From: Rhodocyclaceae bacterium | Lineage (GTDB): Bacteria; Pseudomonadota; Gammaproteobacteria; Burkholderiales; Rhodocyclaceae | Direction: 5' to 3' | Length of the DNA stretch: 64,000 nt | NCBI GenBank assembly: GCA_035345935.1 | Contig: DAORDK010000001.1 | Location: 4,242-68,241, forward strand | Shown: piece by piece, positions 59,986-64,000 of the stretch | Layout: every line of letters starts with the position of its first letter | Position numbering within the stretch: the stretch's first letter is position 1 | The notes under the pieces: model-generated | Seen by the model: the letters and a program-made list of their open reading frames with translations, nothing else | Databases searched by the model: none | Told to the model about the DNA's origin: nothing | Translations under genes and position numbers: made by a program

Positions 59986-61155
59986 TCATGTGGACTCACC
60001 GGTAAAGACCGTCAGCACGCCGGTGTAGCCATATAACCGGTCGCGAGCGATTTCACCGCCGGCGAAGAATCCCACCAGCGGCACCTCCCCCAGCGCCTGC
60101 CGCAGGGTACGCAATTCGCCGTGACGCTCTCCGAAATGGGGGCCGCCCCGACCCGAACAACTGACGTAAAGCGCCCCCAGGGCCGTACCCGCGCCGCTTT
60201 CCAACTGGTCGCGGATTTCCGTGGCGATCCGCACCAGGTCTCCCCTGGCCGACTCGGGATTGCGGCTGCAGAAGGCCAAGCGGGTGCCATCAACAATGTG
60301 TTCCGCAACGGCAAGGACGCGATGTCGGGGATCGACGCCGATGAGATGGCGAACCTGGGTATCGCTCCCGAATTGACCAGGCCAGTGCGGCGTATCGTCA
60401 GCCCCTATCGAAAGGCCGACCAGGACGGGCCCCAGGGACTCGATCAGCTCGTCTCCATCCAAATCCGGATCGAGGTCCAAGTCGGAAAGCAGGGAGTCCA
60501 GCGCGGGCTGGTCGTCGAGCGTGAGCACATAGTTGTCCTGGGCTGATGTAATCCTTCGGACGGGACCGATGGGCTGACAACCTTGCGTCACCCGCGAAAT
60601 CAATCCCACTTCGCCCGAGAAGAGGACGCCCGACAATCCACCGCTGAAGACGCCTTCGGCCAGATGCACCGGACTGCGCCGCGCCGACGAAAGACCGCCG
60701 AACAGATAGCCGGTCGCCGTATTGGCACTCAGTTCGCGAATCAAGTCCTGCAGTCCTGGAGTCGTCCCATCACTGTGCACGAGGGCCGTGTGGGCCGAAA
60801 AACCGGATTCCTGTCCTGCCAGCGGACGCCGGCCGGAAAAGAGCCGAAAAGTCTCTGGCGCCAGCGCTGCGAGCATGAGGACGATTCCGGGCTCGTCGAA
60901 GTACTCGATTCCGCTCGCGGCTACGCCGACGCCATCGGTGCCTACCCACTGAACGCCCGGAAAGACGCCGTGGAGTTCCTGCAGAATCGCTTCGGCAGCG
61001 CCGGCATGGTAGTCGGTGAAATAACACCACCCCAGAGTGTAGGGCGAGCCAATTCCAGCGCCACGGCCGATCAATTGCCGCCGACATTCGGCCAGGGCCA
61101 CTCTCCAGTCAGCGTGACCGGCATGACCGTGAATGAACGCCGGAACGACCATCAT
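59986..61155 (-). CDS. FIST-domain signal transduction protein
   Basis: 389-aa soluble protein whose layout matches FIST_N / FIST_C sensory proteins (for example the C-terminal PLVGFFAGGEI). The assignment is from pattern recall only. Confidence 0.7.
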   Translation of the reverse strand: MMVVPAFIHGHAGHADWRVALAECRRQLIGRGAGIGSPYTLGWCYFTDYHAGAAEAILQELHGVFPGVQWVGTDGVGVAASGIEYFDEPGIVLMLAALAPETFRLFSGRRPLAGQESGFSAHTALVHSDGTTPGLQDLIRELSANTATGYLFGGLSSARRSPVHLAEGVFSGGLSGVLFSGEVGLISRVTQGCQPIGPVRRITSAQDNYVLTLDDQPALDSLLSDLDLDPDLDGDELIESLGPVLVGLSIGADDTPHWPGQFGSDTQVRHLIGVDPRHRVLAVAEHIVDGTRLAFCSRNPESARGDLVRIATEIRDQLESGAGTALGALYVSCSGRGGPHFGERHGELRTLRQALGEVPLVGFFAGGEIARDRLYGYTGVLTVFTGEST

Positions 61156-61302
61156 CCAAATCCCATGAGCGCTCGAAGCTGCTGCGGGACCCCTAGCCTA
61201 CCCCGCCGCCCTACCGAACGCGAGTCGCGCCGGATCCGGCTTTTCGAAACGTCTGCCCAACCGATACCCCGAGGACGCATGGGGCTCGATACCCGCGCCG
61301 AA

Positions 61303-61635
61303 CTAAAGCAGAGCATCGGTCTTGGCGGCCATGATGAAATCGTTGGCGTGTAGTCCATTGATCTTGTGGGTCCACCAGGAAACGGTCACCCAGCCCCAGC
61401 CCAGACCCAGGTCCGGGTGATGTCCCTGACTCTCGGCGAGAGCACCGACGCGGTTGACGAAATCAAGCGCCGCTTTGAAATCGGGAAACCGGTACTGGCG
61501 CTCGAGTCGCCGTCCCTCTTCTAGGAGATTCCAGCCAGGGGTTTGGGCCAGATAAGCCTTTGCCTCGTCGAGCGTCAATGGGGGGATGCCTCCGCGGCAG
61601 GGAGTACAGGAAAGTTGGCAAAGATCATCGGACAT
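61303..61635 (-). CDS. phhB: pterin-4-alpha-carbinolamine dehydratase
   Basis: 110 aa from the ATG at 61635, with the GHHPD motif and the flanking DFVNRVGALAE / WTH blocks. Confidence 0.88.
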   Translation of the reverse strand: MSDDLCQLSCTPCRGGIPPLTLDEAKAYLAQTPGWNLLEEGRRLERQYRFPDFKAALDFVNRVGALAESQGHHPDLGLGWGWVTVSWWTHKINGLHANDFIMAAKTDALL

Positions 61636-61941
61636 GGCCGACCTCGCGAATGATGGGATTGGCGCAGCGCAAACGGCGCTGCACTGCTCATGAGACAAGC
61701 GGTCCGCCACGCTGTTCCCGCCGGACCCGTGGCCCGCTCGTCCTCAACTCTTTTTCCTGCACCGGGGAATCTCCTACAATCGTAGCTGACCGTGAGGAAA
61801 ATCTGTAAGACCTGTACGACACGCTTCCGAAACGCCGCCGCGCGTGCCACCCTCCGTTGCGCCGCTCTCTAAGCCTCGTATGCGCTGGATCCGACGATTC
61901 TCCAGGGGTCACCTCAACCGACAAGAATACGGAGACAACCC

Positions 61942-62787
61942 ATGCCCATGCACCGCCGCCACTTCCTTCATTCTCTCGCTGCCCTGCCGCTGACGGTCGC
62001 CCTGCCGACCCGCGCCGACGAGCAGTTCGATGCCATCCGCAAACGCGGCAGGCTCTCCATCGCCGTCTATAACGATTTCGCTCCTTACTCGGACGCGGAA
62101 AAGGGACTCGACGTCGAGCTGGGCAAAGCCCTCGCCCAGAAGCTCGGCCTCACCCCTTCGATCATCGGCTTCAAGGCTGGCGAAGACATGGGCGACGACC
62201 TCCGCAACATGGTTTGGAAAGGCCACTATCTGCGTGGAGATCCGGCCGACGTGATGATGCACGTCCCGGTAGACCCGCGTCTGGCGGAAGCCAACGACAA
62301 GGTGAAAATCTTCGGCCCTTATCACGTGGAAACCATCGCCATGGCCCGCATTGCCTCCCGTGCACCTGCCCCGGTCGGCTCCGCGGCGGTTGCGCTGGAG
62401 GTCTTTACCCGCGAAAAGATAGGCGTCGAGGGCGAAAGCATGCCGGATTCGTTCCTGATGGGTGTCCTGCGGGGCAGATTGCGGGACAACGTGGCCCACT
62501 TTCGTACTGTCGGGGAAGCCGTCCAGGCCATGCGCGAAGACAAGATCGCCGCAGTCATGGCCACCCGGGGCGAACTCGAGGGCGCGCTGGCGGGAGACAA
62601 GCGTTTCGTCCTGGACACGGTGGAAATGACCGAACTGACCATCCGTCGCTGGCCTCTGGGGCTGGCGGTCAAGGCTGACGCGACCGATTTGGCGGCGGCT
62701 CTCGAAGGCGCCCTGACGGAATTGAAGAACGACGGCTCCGTCGCGGCGCTCTTCAAGCGCTTCGGGGTCACCTATCTCGCGCCCTGA
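61942..62787 (+). CDS. periplasmic substrate-binding protein, family 3
   Basis: 281 aa with a Tat/Sec-like leader MPMHRRHFLHSLAALPLTVALPTRA and a type-2 PBP layout. No transporter partners are adjacent. Confidence 0.75.
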   Translation: MPMHRRHFLHSLAALPLTVALPTRADEQFDAIRKRGRLSIAVYNDFAPYSDAEKGLDVELGKALAQKLGLTPSIIGFKAGEDMGDDLRNMVWKGHYLRGDPADVMMHVPVDPRLAEANDKVKIFGPYHVETIAMARIASRAPAPVGSAAVALEVFTREKIGVEGESMPDSFLMGVLRGRLRDNVAHFRTVGEAVQAMREDKIAAVMATRGELEGALAGDKRFVLDTVEMTELTIRRWPLGLAVKADATDLAAALEGALTELKNDGSVAALFKRFGVTYLAP

Positions 62788-62934
62788 GCCGAGGTCCTCG
62801 GCAGCCAGAAGAGCCGCCCTGCGAATTTCCCGCCGACTCCGCCGACCTGACGACCAGGGAGCGGCGTGTCTGGTAAAATGCCGGCTTGTCTTGCCCGCTG
62901 TGCCTTTCACGACGGGCCCAATCCGGACTTACCC

Positions 62935-63204
62935 ATGCTTTCGATAACCGATATCAAGGATTTCATCGATCTTGATGGCGAAACAGTGAATATCGTGGCC
63001 GGTGCCACAGGGCTTTCCGACGAGGAGTCCGTAGCCCTGGCCCGTCAGTTTCTGGCCTCGGAAGAGGGCCTGTTGATCCTGCACCATATGTATCGCGACC
63101 AGATCGCCGCGGTGGCGGACGATTTTCTGCCCGCCCGGGCCGAAACCCTACGGGCCGCCTACGCTTATTTCTCGCGCAAGTATCCGCTTCCTGCGTTGAA
63201 GTAG
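62935..63204 (+). CDS. hypothetical protein (89 aa)
   Basis: ATG at 62935. Codon third positions are mostly G/C, consistent with coding. I recognised no family. Confidence 0.4.
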   Translation: MLSITDIKDFIDLDGETVNIVAGATGLSDEESVALARQFLASEEGLLILHHMYRDQIAAVADDFLPARAETLRAAYAYFSRKYPLPALK

Positions 63205-63214
63205 ATCGGCTTGA

Positions 63215-64000
63215 TCAGCCCGATTCCGGTTGTCCGGCGACCGGAACATCTTCAGCGCCCAATGCCCCCGCATCCCGCGCGAAGCCATGGGCTTTCCAGG
63301 CTTCCCAACCGCCGCGAATGGGCCGCACCGAAACGTATCCTTGTTTCTGCAGTTCCCGCGCCGCCTGAACCGCACCGGCGTCTTCCGGGCAAGCGCAGAG
63401 GGTCATGATGGGCGCGGTCTTCGGCCAATCCGCCACTGCATCCGGCAGATTGTCGTGGTTTGCAGCCCTCGCCCCGGGAATGGCTCCCTCTTCGAGCACC
63501 ATACTCGCCCCCCGCAAGTCGAGGAGCAGCACGGGAAATCCCGCGGCCACGGCCGCATGGTACTCGTCGGGCGTCGCGTGCGGCATCGCCGCCAGGCGCT
63601 CGAAGCGGCTCTTCTGCCACCATTTCCAGCCGAACCAGCCCGCCAGCATTGCCGCCACGACGGCTAGAGCGAGAGGACCGTTGGCGCTGAGCACAGCCAA
63701 GACGCCCAGCACCTGATCGCGTAGCAACCAGCCGGCCAGAAGGGCGCTGCCTGCCCAGGCCGCGGCCCCTGCGGCCGCCGCAGAGATGAAGCCCAAGAGT
63801 CCCATGCGCAGGGTTCCCGCGATAGGCGGCGCCACCGTCGAAAACCCTGGAACGAATTTGGCCACGACGAGAGACCAGATTCCCCAGCGCAGAAAGCGCT
63901 CTTCGGTGCGGCTGACGCAGGATCCCGGATTGATGCTGAGGCGGCAGAGCCCCGCCAGGACGCGATAACCGAGGAGGCGCCCGACGACATACCACACCAC
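63215..64000 (-). CDS. DedA/VTT-family membrane protein fused to a C-terminal rhodanese domain (5' end outside the window)
   Basis: The N-terminal part is hydrophobic, with DedA-like blocks (RFLRWGIWSLVVAKFVPG). The C-terminal approximately 110 aa is rhodanese-like (LLLDLRG...LCACPE...GGWEAW). The ORF is open to the window edge. Confidence 0.7.
   Translation of the reverse strand: MVWYVVGRLLGYRVLAGLCRLSINPGSCVSRTEERFLRWGIWSLVVAKFVPGFSTVAPPIAGTLRMGLLGFISAAAAGAAAWAGSALLAGWLLRDQVLGVLAVLSANGPLALAVVAAMLAGWFGWKWWQKSRFERLAAMPHATPDEYHAAVAAGFPVLLLDLRGASMVLEEGAIPGARAANHDNLPDAVADWPKTAPIMTLCACPEDAGAVQAARELQKQGYVSVRPIRGGWEAWKAHGFARDAGALGAEDVPVAGQPESG

Overview
The window is a high-GC proteobacterial chromosomal segment with about 60 protein genes. 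Gene content and order (cysE-iscR-isc operon, tsaB-rimI-udg, ispDF, phaB) look betaproteobacterial, but I cannot verify this without a database search. I found no rRNA, tRNA, CRISPR array, transposase, integrase or phage genes, so this reads as core chromosome rather than an accessory island.

Main blocks:
- prfC.
- A complete ISC Fe-S assembly operon (cysE-iscR-nifS-like-iscS-iscU-iscA-hscB-hscA-fdx-iscX) with a DUF2237 gene appended.
- trmJ and suhB, putA, lplT, tsaB-rimI-udg, ompR-envZ, and thpR-ispF-ispD.
- An AmmeMemoRadiSam triad plus a coupled fourth gene.
- mfd, chrA, modBC, a sirtuin, a norE/norF-like pair, phaB, a FIST protein and phhB.

The window is unusually rich in signalling genes: three large hybrid histidine kinases, an HD-GYP response regulator, a GGDEF cyclase, HDOD and FIST proteins, and a small RelA/SpoT-type HD hydrolase.

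The ORF track uses alternative start codons (TTG, GTG) written as M. Several starts were re-placed on internal ATG or GTG codons after reading the DNA. Many long antisense ORFs are GC-rich artefacts.

None of the following is proven to be a novel system. Best candidates for under-described biology:
1. The AmmeMemoRadiSam operon with a translationally coupled, apparently catalytically degenerate alpha/beta-hydrolase-fold gene.
2. A minus-strand module of a small protein, a putatively exported HExxH protein and a sirtuin, with an ambiguous or non-canonical start.
3. A porin / mini-PBP / diguanylate-cyclase operon, mirrored by a binding-protein-plus-hybrid-kinase operon, flanking a small alarmone-hydrolase-like gene.
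4. A Cys-rich DUF2237 gene placed as the last gene of the isc operon.
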